Source of the DNA: a virus
Taxonomy: Duplodnaviria; Caudoviricetes
Reading direction: 5' to 3' (one strand)
DNA: 61,405 bases
Virus record (IMG/VR): IMGVR_UViG_3300042868_005269
Span: 1-61,405 of that record
Shown here: positions 43,720 through 53,207 of the stretch, piece after piece
Layout of the letters: the number at the start of each line of letters is the position of its first letter
Position numbering within the stretch: position 1 is the stretch's first letter
Translations under genes and position numbers: made by a program
Notes under the pieces: generated by a model
Database searches by the model: none
What the model was told of the DNA's origin: nothing
Seen by the model: the letters and a program-made list of their open reading frames with translations, nothing else

Positions 43720-46700
43720 ATGCCCATTTACAGCGTACAGGGTCCAGATGGACGTATTTATGATGTGGAGGGGCCTGCTGGCGCTTCCGAAGAACAGATT
43801 CTGGGGGCGGTGCGCCGTCAGTTTTTGGCAACTCCGGCCTCTGCGCCAGAAAAAAAGGGCTCCGGGTTGGGCGACATTGCTCGCTCATTTGGTCTGGGGG
43901 CGGTTGGCGCAACGAAAGCTATTACCAGTGCGGCGGGGGCGGATAACGAGGCAGCGCGTGCGCTCGGTAGAGCCGGTGAAAGTCTGCAAGAAGGCTTTAG
44001 CGCAAGCCGCAAAGCTGAGTTGCAGGCACAAGCCGAGCGCATGAAGAAAGCCGAAGCGTCTGGCTCAACCCTTGAAGAAATTAAAGCCGGTGCGCTGAAC
44101 GTGCTGGAAGCGCCGTTGCAGTCTGCCGCGCAGGCCGTGGGCTCATTTGCTCCACTCATTCCCACAATGTTCTTGGCCAAGCCTTTGGCGGCTTTGGGTC
44201 TGGGGGCACGCGCCATCATGGGTGTTCGTGGTGCTATCGGGGGAGCGCAGGGTGCCGGTGCAGTCAAGCAAAATATCTACGACACAGTGCTGGAAGCGGA
44301 AAAAACCGACGGTAAGACAGATGAGCAAGCTGCCGCTGCCGCCTCGCGGGCTCAGTCCTACATCAGCGAAAACGCAGACCAGATTCTTCTGGGCACCGGT
44401 CTTGGTGTTGCGGCAGGTACTAGCGGTGTTGAACGCATTTTGCCCGGCGGCGTGCGCGGTGCTGCAAGCAAGACGCAAGAAGCACTCGCCAAGCGTCTGG
44501 GCGCACGCACAGCCTCGGGTATCACAACAGCCGCAGCCGAGATGCCGCTGGAAGGTCTGCAAGGCGGACAAGAACGGCTTGCCGCTAACCTTGCACTGCA
44601 ACGCACAGGCCGTGACGTAGATGCGTTTACCGGCGTAGCAGGTCAAGCCACGCAAGAAGCACTGACAGGCGCACTGGGGGCGGGACCCATCGGCGCACTT
44701 GTACCAGATCGCCGTGCAGAAATTGCAGAAAAAGAGCGTCAGCAAAAAGAGCAAGCCGACGCTGTGGCCGCAGCCGAAGCTGCCAAGAACACCCCTGAAG
44801 CCCTGCGCCAGCTTGATACAGAGTTCCGCACTGCAGACCAGCAGCTCAAAGCGTTGAACGCGCAGCTCACCGCAAACAGACCCAAGAAGGGGGCCACAGA
44901 CGAGCAAAAGCAAGCGTATGACACGCTCAAAGCCCAGCGCGATGAGTTGTTGACCACGTACAAACCCCTGCGCCAAGAGTTCATGCAGCGCAAAGAAGCA
45001 ATCGACGAGCTTCAAATGGCTGAGCAGTCGGCAATTGAGGTTGCAGCAGCGCAAGGTCAGGCTGCGGCAAAGCTGCCACTGCCGTCCGACATCCCCGGTG
45101 CACAGCCGTTCCAGTTGTCCGACACCTCACGTTTGATGAACGACTACGACACCATGCGCGGCCAAGTGTCCGCGTTGGAGCAGCAACTGGCTGCGGGCCC
45201 TGATCTGGATACCCAGACACAACTGACGCAGCAGCGCGGGCAACTCATGGCGCGTATGAACGAGATGGCTCCGGTCATTGAGGAACGTGGCGGGGTCACC
45301 GACACCGAGCCGGAGTTTGCCAAGAAAATGGCTGCGGCCGAAAAAGAACGCCTGCGCCTGCTTGAGATTGGTGACTTTGATGCTGCGGCAAACCAAGCCG
45401 AGAAAGTCCGTGACCTGCAAACACGCGCTCCCTTCTTGCAAGAGCTGAACGACTTCCGCACAAAAGCAGGGCAGAACCGGGAGCTGACGCTGGAAGAGCC
45501 TGCACAGCCAGAAGGCGCGGGCGTTAAGTACGTGTCGCCTACGGGCAAACCAGTCACGCCTTTCCCAGCAACGGCTACGGAAGCTGCACCGCTGCCTGCC
45601 GACAAGCCCGAAGAACTGGCGGCAGTCCAGACTGCCCAGACCAACGTAAACGCTGCGCAGACTGCGCTGGATGAGGCCGTCAAGACCAAAGACACAACCA
45701 AAATCTTTGGCGCAGTGGACGCGCTCAACCAAGCACAAAACACAGTGGCTCGGGCACAAGAGGATGTGGGTCGCCCACTACTCAAGCCCGCAGTGCTGGA
45801 CATTTTCAGCCCCGCCAACTTGTTTCGCACAGCTTTTGCAAACAACGATACAAAACTGCTCAATGACCTTGCGTCCCACGCCGATACTACGGCGCTGCGG
45901 GCAGCCCTCAACCAGAACCTCAGTGAGCGCGAGAAGCTGGTTAACGTGTTGGAGAACCGCGCTGGTGTTGGTGGTGATGAAAAAGCCATCGACCCCCGTA
46001 CCGGCGAGCCCGGCGAGAGGCTCAAGAGCGTCAAGCGCGAACGCGCTGACTTGTTCTCCCAACTGTACGACGCTCGTCAACAGGCGTTGTTCAAGAACGG
46101 CCAAAACCTTGAGACCATAGAAAGACCTCGCACCGAGCTTGCAGAAGACTTTCAGCTTGATAAAACCGGCAAGCCTGTAGTTGGCGAAGACGGCAAACCT
46201 GTAGTCGTGCGGCAATACGAAAAACCCGTGCTTGATAAAAACGGCCGTCCGGTTATGGACACCGTTCGCTTACAGGACATCTACGACCAAGGTGGCCCCG
46301 CCGCAGTTGAGTACGAGCGCGTCATGCAAGACGTTGAGGACCTGTCCAAGAAAGTCACGACCAAGCAAGGCAACGCCAAGAAGTCTCTGTACGAGCAGCT
46401 CATTGATTTGGCTGCGCAGCACTCTGCGTTGGTGGCGCAAATGGAATCGGGCATTGCTACGCCCAACATGCGGGAGAAGACCACTGCGTTGCAAGCCAAG
46501 ATGGGTAAAGGCGAAGCCCCGGCTGAGCGCCAGATGGATGCCAAGGAAAAGTTTGACCTCCAGCGCCGCATCGACACGCTGGTTAACAAGTACCGCCTGA
46601 CCGAAGGCCAAATTGCTCCCGTCCGTGACCAGATCACGAAGTTGTACAACAGCCTGTACAAGACCACGCCGCTTGAGAAGACCAGTAAGGCTGCGGACAG

Positions 46701-49700
46701 AAAAGCCACTGAGGCCGAAGAGCGCAAAGAACGTGCTAAGCCTCTAAAAGAAATTGCCGACAAGTACGGTATGAAGTCGCCTGAGTACAAAGAGGCTTTG
46801 GCAAAACAAGTTGCTGAGAGTAAAGCCGCAGGGCGTGTGCCTAAAGTATCAGTGTCACGCACAGCCCAGACAGCCGCACGGCTTGCCAAGGGCGATGTGC
46901 GCAAAGAAGCCGAAACGTCAAAACAAATGCGCGACTTAGCGATTGAGTTGGGGCAGCGCGAACCGGAATATGTGCGGATGCAAGCCAACGCAGAAAAGCG
47001 TTTAACGGCTTTGGAGAACAAATACGGTAAAGGCGATCCGCAAGTACGCGCCTACAGCACGCAAGTGATGGATGCGTTAGAAGCAAAAGCCGTTGGCTTG
47101 GGTAAACAAACGCCCGAGTACAAGGCCACACTGAAAGAGCAGGTCGAATACGTCAAAGGCGCTCTGTCCCAGAGCAAGCAGACAGTGCCAACCAAACGTA
47201 CAGGGCCAGTTACGCGCACGCAGTCATCCGCGCCTACACGCCTTGTCAGTTCTTCACCTGAAAGTCGTGAGCAGACGGACATGGAGAACAAAGCAATTAA
47301 CGCGCAGCGCCGCGCTATTAAAGATGCACGCGAAGCGCTGCGGTCTGAAAAAGAAGACCGTGACTACCTGCGCGGTGTTGAGACTGAAAGCCTTGAGTTG
47401 AGTCGTGACGTAGTTGCGTTGCTTGAAAAAGGTGATGTGCGCGGCGCACTGCTGCTGATCAGTAAAGACCCGGCTGTGGACAAGTTTAGCCAAGCTGTTG
47501 CTGCGCGTCTTGAGCCGTTCCTTGATGTCACCAAGGTTGAAATTAAAAACAACATGCGCTCTGACGACGGCAAAGAAGTCTTAGGTGCCGCCACGAGCAA
47601 GTTGATTGAACTCAACCGCAATGGCGGTCTGTCCGTTGAGACGTTGCTTCACGAAGCCACACACGCCGCAGCCGAACGCGTTGTGCAGTTGTCTGAGACA
47701 AATCCTAACGCACTTACCAAAGAGCAGAAGCTGGCCATCAACGAGCTCAAAGCGTTGCACGCCCGCGTTAAAAACGACAAAGGCATCACCAGCAAAAACG
47801 CCAAGAGCAGCTTGTCGGAGTTTGTGGCCGAAGTCATGTCCAACCGCAACTTGCAAAAGCAACTGGCCCAACGTCAGTGGCGCTTGGTGGATGCGTGGAA
47901 GGGCGTTAAGTCCATCATCATGCGCATGTTGGGCATGCAAAAAGTGGAGACCATGTTTGGCGCGTCTGTTGTGGCGGTCGATCAATTGTTCGTCCCTGCA
48001 AGCGCCAAGGTCGGTAAGGGTCGCAAAGAGACACGCGTTACCCGCAGCTTGTCGGCTAAGGACATTGCTGCGCTGGACGACGGCAGCAACTCCATGAAAC
48101 AATTTGCTGACCAGTTCGGCCAACTTATCAAACAAAAAGACCGCACACCCGCCGACGTTGAGCGCATCGGTGCCCAAGTGATTGATGACATGCTGAACAG
48201 TGTGTCGCCTATGCCGCGCAACACGGGGGCACCTAGACCCAGAAGCGAAGCAGAAAAACTTCAAGCAGAGCACGATGCAAAGTCTGTTGTGGCGCTTCCA
48301 ACAGCAGACTCGTTGGACTACAAGGGTATGGTTACCATGTCTGACGGCAAAGTGTACGACGAGAACAACCCCCTGCACTACGTTGAAGCAACCCCCGCGA
48401 CGTTTGCTGCGTTGGAGGCTGTGAACAACCCGTCACTGCGCAAACGCGAAGCGGAATCAATTGCGTCCCAACGCAAAACAGACTTCCTCAACTTGATAAG
48501 CTACTTGATGGGGAACTACGAAAACTACACCACGGCTGAAACAGCGCTGGTGCTCAAAGCTGCGGCCAAGTACGGCGTCATCTCCGGCAGCAACGGCCGT
48601 TTGAAACTTGTTGAGATCGGCAAAGACAACCGCCACAACATTGCAGTGCTGGGCAAAGAAACAGCAGACGCAATCATCGAGCAGTTGCGTGCGGGCAAAG
48701 GCCTCAAGCAAGCCTTCTTGGATGGTTTGCAAAAAAACGCAGACGACAACGCCAAGAACAACGAGCGCAAGAACGGTTGGAAGAAGTTTGATCAGGCCGA
48801 CCAAGAATACCTTCCCAACGCATACCCTGACGACGAAGTCGATGCTGCCATTTTAGATGCGGGTTTGAGTGATGAGGACATCCGCGATAACGGTTGGGAC
48901 AAAGAAGCTACGATTGGGTGGCTTATTGAAAACGGCTATCTTGAAGATCGCACGGGCGGCAAAATTTTTGAAGAAGCTGCCATTGCGCTGAACGAAGGTT
49001 GCGCAGGCACGCCATGGTGCACGGGCGCAAGCGTAAGCACTGCCCGCAGCCAGATTGAAGGGGGTGACTTTTACGTTTATTACAACAAGGGGCGTCCCGA
49101 AGTTGCGGTGCGCATGAATGGTAAAGACCGAATTGGTGAAATTCGCGGCAACAACCCGAACCAAGCGCTTGATCCTGCGCAGCAACAAATTGCTGCTGAC
49201 TTTTTACGGGCAAAAAAGTTTGAAAAAGCAGACCAATACCTTTCCGAGTTTGAGCGCCGTGAAGCGTTGGTTAAGTTGGCCAAAGGCGAAACAAAACTGG
49301 GCGTCAGTGATTTGCTGGGCGATAAAAGCCCGTTGGACAGCAACGGCAAAGTGGACGACTACGAAATAAACAGATTGTTGAAGTTCCGCACAATCGACGG
49401 TTACGGCAACCGCCCAAAACCTGTAGACAGCGTCGTAAAGTTTTTTGGTCAGCAGTACCTTGACGCGGCAATCCGTGCGTACGAAAACAACGAGTTTGTG
49501 TTTTCAAAATTAGACGTGGATGAAGATTCAAATACTAAACCTGTTGAGGTGGAGTTTGCCGGTAAAAAGTACACGGCTTCCCCTGCGGACGTTAAGGCAC
49601 TTAACCGGGTTACTGTTAGCGTGTACGCTTACGGGTCAAAACCAGCGGCTCCTGTAGTACTTCCAAAACTTGCAAAGCTGGGGGAGCTCAGTTTCTTTCG

Positions 49701-52700
49701 CGGTGAACTAGATTTGCCCGCGTTGCAAACGGTGGATACAGTCACTTTCTTCAATGAAGTTTCCAGACTTAATACCGTTGCAAGAATAAAAATGCCGACA
49801 GACGCACGCGTTAACAAAGTGCAAAGCTACGGTAAAAAAGTAAGCGGCATTATTGAAGGACCGCAGACTATCAACCTTGTAACGCTTACGCGTGAAGGCG
49901 GCGCGTTGACGCTGGATTTGCCGGACACTAAGTACGTCGCCGTTTTGGACGACCCGAAAGGCGTGGCTAGGCACTTTTCGTCTGAAGCGGATAACGCCAT
50001 TGATAACCTGCTGAAAGCTGACGGTCTTGATTTTGCCGACATCATGCGTGCAAAACGCGGCGAAGCCACGATGGCACAAAACGCTGCATACCAAAAAGTT
50101 GCAAAGCAGCAAATTAAAAAGTTTTTTGATGCGTTGGAAAAATCTTTTGGGTACACGGCGTACGAGCACGCATTGAACAATGGGGACACGGCCGAAGCGT
50201 TCAGGATTACGAACGACTACCGAAAGGCAATTCGCAACGCCGTAGACGATGTGCTGGAGCTTAACAAGTACTCCCGCGAAGCCTTTGACAAAATGGCAAA
50301 GGTCGTCAAAGACTCCACCGGCGCAGAGGTGGCGTACCCCGAAGGGCAGCTGATTGCGCCCAAGCGTGTGGGCGATCCACCGTACGGCGCGGAGTTTACT
50401 GAAGCGCCTGAACAGCGTCGCTTTGCGCCCAAAGATGTGGGTGTGCAAGAGGACAAGAAAGGCTTGTTCTCGTTTGCCCGTAAGCAAGTCAACTCGTCGT
50501 CTGTGGTTGCGCGTGAGCCGGGCGTTGTGGACACCTTGCTTGGCAACATCATGGGCTTGGCTGGCCGCGTGCAGTTTATCGACCAGTACGCAGCTTTGGA
50601 AGCCGCTACTAAGAAGGGCTTGAGCGCAGGCGTCATCAGCAGCTTGGAGGCAACCAACGCCAACTACCTGCTGCGGTTTGGCCAGCAGCGCAGCCAGTTC
50701 TCAGGGCAGTTCCTGACCAACGGTCCGGTCAAGGCGGAGATCACACGCAAGAACGGCGGCACTGAAACGCTGTACCGCAGCACCAAGGGCACGTCCATGG
50801 TGGACGTTGCGCAGGCACTCAACAAATCCAAGCTGTCCAACGACGTGGAGCAAGAGAACATGTTCACGTTGTACGTGGCAGGCAAGCGTGCGCAGCAAGT
50901 TGGGTGGGACAAGCTCAACTTTTCCAGCCCTACGCAAGCCAAGGCTGAGTACGACGCTGTCATCGCACGACTGAACAACAACGACACTGCCAAGAAAGCG
51001 TTTGAAGAAGCGGCCAAGCTGTACCAAGAGTACAACGCAGGCTTGCTGGACTTCCTTGCGCAGACAGGCGCGTTGTCGGACAAGAAGGTAGCCGAACTCA
51101 AAGCGATCAGCTACGTGCCGTTCTACCGGGTGAACAACAACGGTGAAGTGCAGTTGATGGTGGACAAAGAGCGCCCTGTGCGGATTGCCAATATCAAGGA
51201 CCAGCCGCAGCTCAAAGAGCTGATTGGCGGCAACACAGCCATCTTGCCGATCTTTACCAGCGCAGCGCAGAACACATTCATGCTGACTGGCATGGGCCTG
51301 CGCAACCAAGCGGTGAAGGAGACCTCCTTCATGCTGCAAAAGCTGGGCATCGCCAGCCGCGTATCGTCTGGCAACGGCCCGACAGGGGCCAACGTGGTGC
51401 GCTTCTTCAAGAAGGGCGAGCCGTACTACGCGCTGATCGACACCGATGCTTACGGCATTCCGGCTGATTTAATTGTGCGGGGTATGGAGGGCATCAAGAC
51501 AACGCTGCCTGCCGTTATCAAACTGATGGGCATGCCCGCCAACATCTTGCGCTCGTTTGTTGTGCGTAACCCGGCTTACGCTGTGCGCCAGATCATCCGC
51601 GACCCGCTCAACGCATGGATGACAACGGGCACAGACGCTGTGCCAGTGCTTTCGTCTATGAAAGAGCTGGCCAAAATGGTTGCTGGGCGCAGTGATGCCG
51701 AGCGCAAGCTCATGGAGACAGGTGCGATCAGCAGCAACGTCTACAGCGGCGACGATCAGGACATGGCCAAGTTCCTCAAAGACATGTCGGCAGGCAAGTC
51801 AGGTTGGGACAAAGCCACCGCGATGCTGGACACGTTTGCGCTGCAAGGCGACGCTGCTACACGCGCTGTGATCTACAAAGACTCGCTGGCCAAAGGCATG
51901 TCGGAGCAAGAAGCTCTGCTGCGCACACTGGAGTCCATGAACTTTAGCCGCCGGGGCGTGTCTCCAAGCATGCAGGCGCTGTCCACGCTCATCCCGTTCT
52001 TCAACGCACAGGTGCAGGGTCTGGACGTAATCTACCGAGCCATGAAAGGCGACATGCCGTACAGCCAGCAGTTGGACATTCGGGGCAAGATGGTGCGCCG
52101 TGGGTTGATGCTGGCCGCAGGCACGATTGCTTACGCCGCTATGATGGAGGACGACGAAGCCTACAAACGCGCCAAGCCTGAAGAACGCCTTGCCAACTGG
52201 TTTGTGTATGTGCCCGGTATTGACGAGCCTGTGCGTGTACCCATCCCGTTTGAAATGGGCTTTTTGTTCAAGGCGTTGCCTGAAGCTGTGTACGCCATGG
52301 CTATGCAAGACGGCAAAGCGGACGCTGCGCTGAGCGGGCTATCCAAACTGGCGTTGCAGACCATTCCGTTGAGCCTGCCGCAAGCCGTTAAGCCGCTGAC
52401 AGAAGCGGTGCTGGGCAAGTCGTTCTACAGCGGCGACATCGAGTCTGTTCGTGAGAAAGACGTATTGGCCACGCAGCGTTACCGCGACAACTCCACAGAG
52501 CTGGCCAAAACAATTGGCGCAGTGACAGGAAACATTGGACTCAGCCCAATCACGATCGACTACCTGATCCGTGGGTACACAGGCGGGCTGGGTATTGCGT
52601 TGGTGCAGTTGGCCAACCCGATACTGGCTCCCGGCGACAAAGCCGAGGTTGCACAGCCCACAACCAAGATCAGCAAACAGCCGTTCATCGGCGGATTGTT

Positions 52701-53028
52701 CCAGCCAGTTGAAGGCCGGGGCACGCTGGACGAAGCCTACGACCGCATGAAAGAGATTCAGCAGGTCAAGGGTACGTTCAATGATCTCGTAGATAAAGGT
52801 AAGCGGGCCGAAGCGATGGCGTTTGCACAGGAGTACTCGGACAAGCTGGCAGCAGCATCCGTCTCAGGCAGCGTGCAAAAACGTCTGGGAGAGTTGGCCA
52901 AGCTGGAGCGCCAGATCAAGAGCAGTCCGAACCTGAGCACAGAGCAGAAAGATGTACGTCTGGCCCAGCTCGACAAACTCAAGACGGCGACAGCAACGCA
53001 GTTTCTTGCAACAACCGCTCAGCGGTAA
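43720..53028 (+). CDS. Giant polyvalent internal virion protein (zincin HExxH, WCT domain, LPD38-like C-terminus)
   Basis: ~3102 aa from MPIYSVQGPDG; LLHEATHAA, GTPWCTG...EIRG, PFFNA.VQG, RVPIPFEMG. Confidence 0.8.
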   Translation: MPIYSVQGPDGRIYDVEGPAGASEEQILGAVRRQFLATPASAPEKKGSGLGDIARSFGLGAVGATKAITSAAGADNEAARALGRAGESLQEGFSASRKAELQAQAERMKKAEASGSTLEEIKAGALNVLEAPLQSAAQAVGSFAPLIPTMFLAKPLAALGLGARAIMGVRGAIGGAQGAGAVKQNIYDTVLEAEKTDGKTDEQAAAAASRAQSYISENADQILLGTGLGVAAGTSGVERILPGGVRGAASKTQEALAKRLGARTASGITTAAAEMPLEGLQGGQERLAANLALQRTGRDVDAFTGVAGQATQEALTGALGAGPIGALVPDRRAEIAEKERQQKEQADAVAAAEAAKNTPEALRQLDTEFRTADQQLKALNAQLTANRPKKGATDEQKQAYDTLKAQRDELLTTYKPLRQEFMQRKEAIDELQMAEQSAIEVAAAQGQAAAKLPLPSDIPGAQPFQLSDTSRLMNDYDTMRGQVSALEQQLAAGPDLDTQTQLTQQRGQLMARMNEMAPVIEERGGVTDTEPEFAKKMAAAEKERLRLLEIGDFDAAANQAEKVRDLQTRAPFLQELNDFRTKAGQNRELTLEEPAQPEGAGVKYVSPTGKPVTPFPATATEAAPLPADKPEELAAVQTAQTNVNAAQTALDEAVKTKDTTKIFGAVDALNQAQNTVARAQEDVGRPLLKPAVLDIFSPANLFRTAFANNDTKLLNDLASHADTTALRAALNQNLSEREKLVNVLENRAGVGGDEKAIDPRTGEPGERLKSVKRERADLFSQLYDARQQALFKNGQNLETIERPRTELAEDFQLDKTGKPVVGEDGKPVVVRQYEKPVLDKNGRPVMDTVRLQDIYDQGGPAAVEYERVMQDVEDLSKKVTTKQGNAKKSLYEQLIDLAAQHSALVAQMESGIATPNMREKTTALQAKMGKGEAPAERQMDAKEKFDLQRRIDTLVNKYRLTEGQIAPVRDQITKLYNSLYKTTPLEKTSKAADRKATEAEERKERAKPLKEIADKYGMKSPEYKEALAKQVAESKAAGRVPKVSVSRTAQTAARLAKGDVRKEAETSKQMRDLAIELGQREPEYVRMQANAEKRLTALENKYGKGDPQVRAYSTQVMDALEAKAVGLGKQTPEYKATLKEQVEYVKGALSQSKQTVPTKRTGPVTRTQSSAPTRLVSSSPESREQTDMENKAINAQRRAIKDAREALRSEKEDRDYLRGVETESLELSRDVVALLEKGDVRGALLLISKDPAVDKFSQAVAARLEPFLDVTKVEIKNNMRSDDGKEVLGAATSKLIELNRNGGLSVETLLHEATHAAAERVVQLSETNPNALTKEQKLAINELKALHARVKNDKGITSKNAKSSLSEFVAEVMSNRNLQKQLAQRQWRLVDAWKGVKSIIMRMLGMQKVETMFGASVVAVDQLFVPASAKVGKGRKETRVTRSLSAKDIAALDDGSNSMKQFADQFGQLIKQKDRTPADVERIGAQVIDDMLNSVSPMPRNTGAPRPRSEAEKLQAEHDAKSVVALPTADSLDYKGMVTMSDGKVYDENNPLHYVEATPATFAALEAVNNPSLRKREAESIASQRKTDFLNLISYLMGNYENYTTAETALVLKAAAKYGVISGSNGRLKLVEIGKDNRHNIAVLGKETADAIIEQLRAGKGLKQAFLDGLQKNADDNAKNNERKNGWKKFDQADQEYLPNAYPDDEVDAAILDAGLSDEDIRDNGWDKEATIGWLIENGYLEDRTGGKIFEEAAIALNEGCAGTPWCTGASVSTARSQIEGGDFYVYYNKGRPEVAVRMNGKDRIGEIRGNNPNQALDPAQQQIAADFLRAKKFEKADQYLSEFERREALVKLAKGETKLGVSDLLGDKSPLDSNGKVDDYEINRLLKFRTIDGYGNRPKPVDSVVKFFGQQYLDAAIRAYENNEFVFSKLDVDEDSNTKPVEVEFAGKKYTASPADVKALNRVTVSVYAYGSKPAAPVVLPKLAKLGELSFFRGELDLPALQTVDTVTFFNEVSRLNTVARIKMPTDARVNKVQSYGKKVSGIIEGPQTINLVTLTREGGALTLDLPDTKYVAVLDDPKGVARHFSSEADNAIDNLLKADGLDFADIMRAKRGEATMAQNAAYQKVAKQQIKKFFDALEKSFGYTAYEHALNNGDTAEAFRITNDYRKAIRNAVDDVLELNKYSREAFDKMAKVVKDSTGAEVAYPEGQLIAPKRVGDPPYGAEFTEAPEQRRFAPKDVGVQEDKKGLFSFARKQVNSSSVVAREPGVVDTLLGNIMGLAGRVQFIDQYAALEAATKKGLSAGVISSLEATNANYLLRFGQQRSQFSGQFLTNGPVKAEITRKNGGTETLYRSTKGTSMVDVAQALNKSKLSNDVEQENMFTLYVAGKRAQQVGWDKLNFSSPTQAKAEYDAVIARLNNNDTAKKAFEEAAKLYQEYNAGLLDFLAQTGALSDKKVAELKAISYVPFYRVNNNGEVQLMVDKERPVRIANIKDQPQLKELIGGNTAILPIFTSAAQNTFMLTGMGLRNQAVKETSFMLQKLGIASRVSSGNGPTGANVVRFFKKGEPYYALIDTDAYGIPADLIVRGMEGIKTTLPAVIKLMGMPANILRSFVVRNPAYAVRQIIRDPLNAWMTTGTDAVPVLSSMKELAKMVAGRSDAERKLMETGAISSNVYSGDDQDMAKFLKDMSAGKSGWDKATAMLDTFALQGDAATRAVIYKDSLAKGMSEQEALLRTLESMNFSRRGVSPSMQALSTLIPFFNAQVQGLDVIYRAMKGDMPYSQQLDIRGKMVRRGLMLAAGTIAYAAMMEDDEAYKRAKPEERLANWFVYVPGIDEPVRVPIPFEMGFLFKALPEAVYAMAMQDGKADAALSGLSKLALQTIPLSLPQAVKPLTEAVLGKSFYSGDIESVREKDVLATQRYRDNSTELAKTIGAVTGNIGLSPITIDYLIRGYTGGLGIALVQLANPILAPGDKAEVAQPTTKISKQPFIGGLFQPVEGRGTLDEAYDRMKEIQQVKGTFNDLVDKGKRAEAMAFAQEYSDKLAAASVSGSVQKRLGELAKLERQIKSSPNLSTEQKDVRLAQLDKLKTATATQFLATTAQR

Positions 53029-53207
53029 AACCACACCCCGCTGAGTCCTTTGTGGACGGCGGGGTAGGCCTTGGCGTCAAAGATGCGGCAGCGCAGCGCC
53101 TCACTGAGGCCTGCTTTGCGAACTTGCTCAGAGTTGAGGCAGGGGACGAAAAACCCCTGCCCCCGCTCAACCCGAGACCATGGGAATGCTCTGGAGTACT
53201 GAGTCAT
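53019..53207 (-). CDS. Small putative DNA-binding protein
   Basis: FPW....GQGFFVP...GVWFYR pattern; last gene of the - arm. Confidence 0.6.
   Translation of the reverse strand: MTQYSRAFPWSRVERGQGFFVPCLNSEQVRKAGLSEALRCRIFDAKAYPAVHKGLSGVWFYR

Noticed and set aside
13265-52982. Many long - strand ORFs opposite structural genes (and + strand ORFs opposite replication genes)
   Set aside because: Shadow ORFs expected from GC-rich codon bias; no RBS or recognisable motifs
43720-53028. Giant ORF as N4-like virion RNA polymerase or tape measure
   Set aside because: No polymerase catalytic motifs recognised and no tail tube or chaperone genes; domains fit a polyvalent ejection protein
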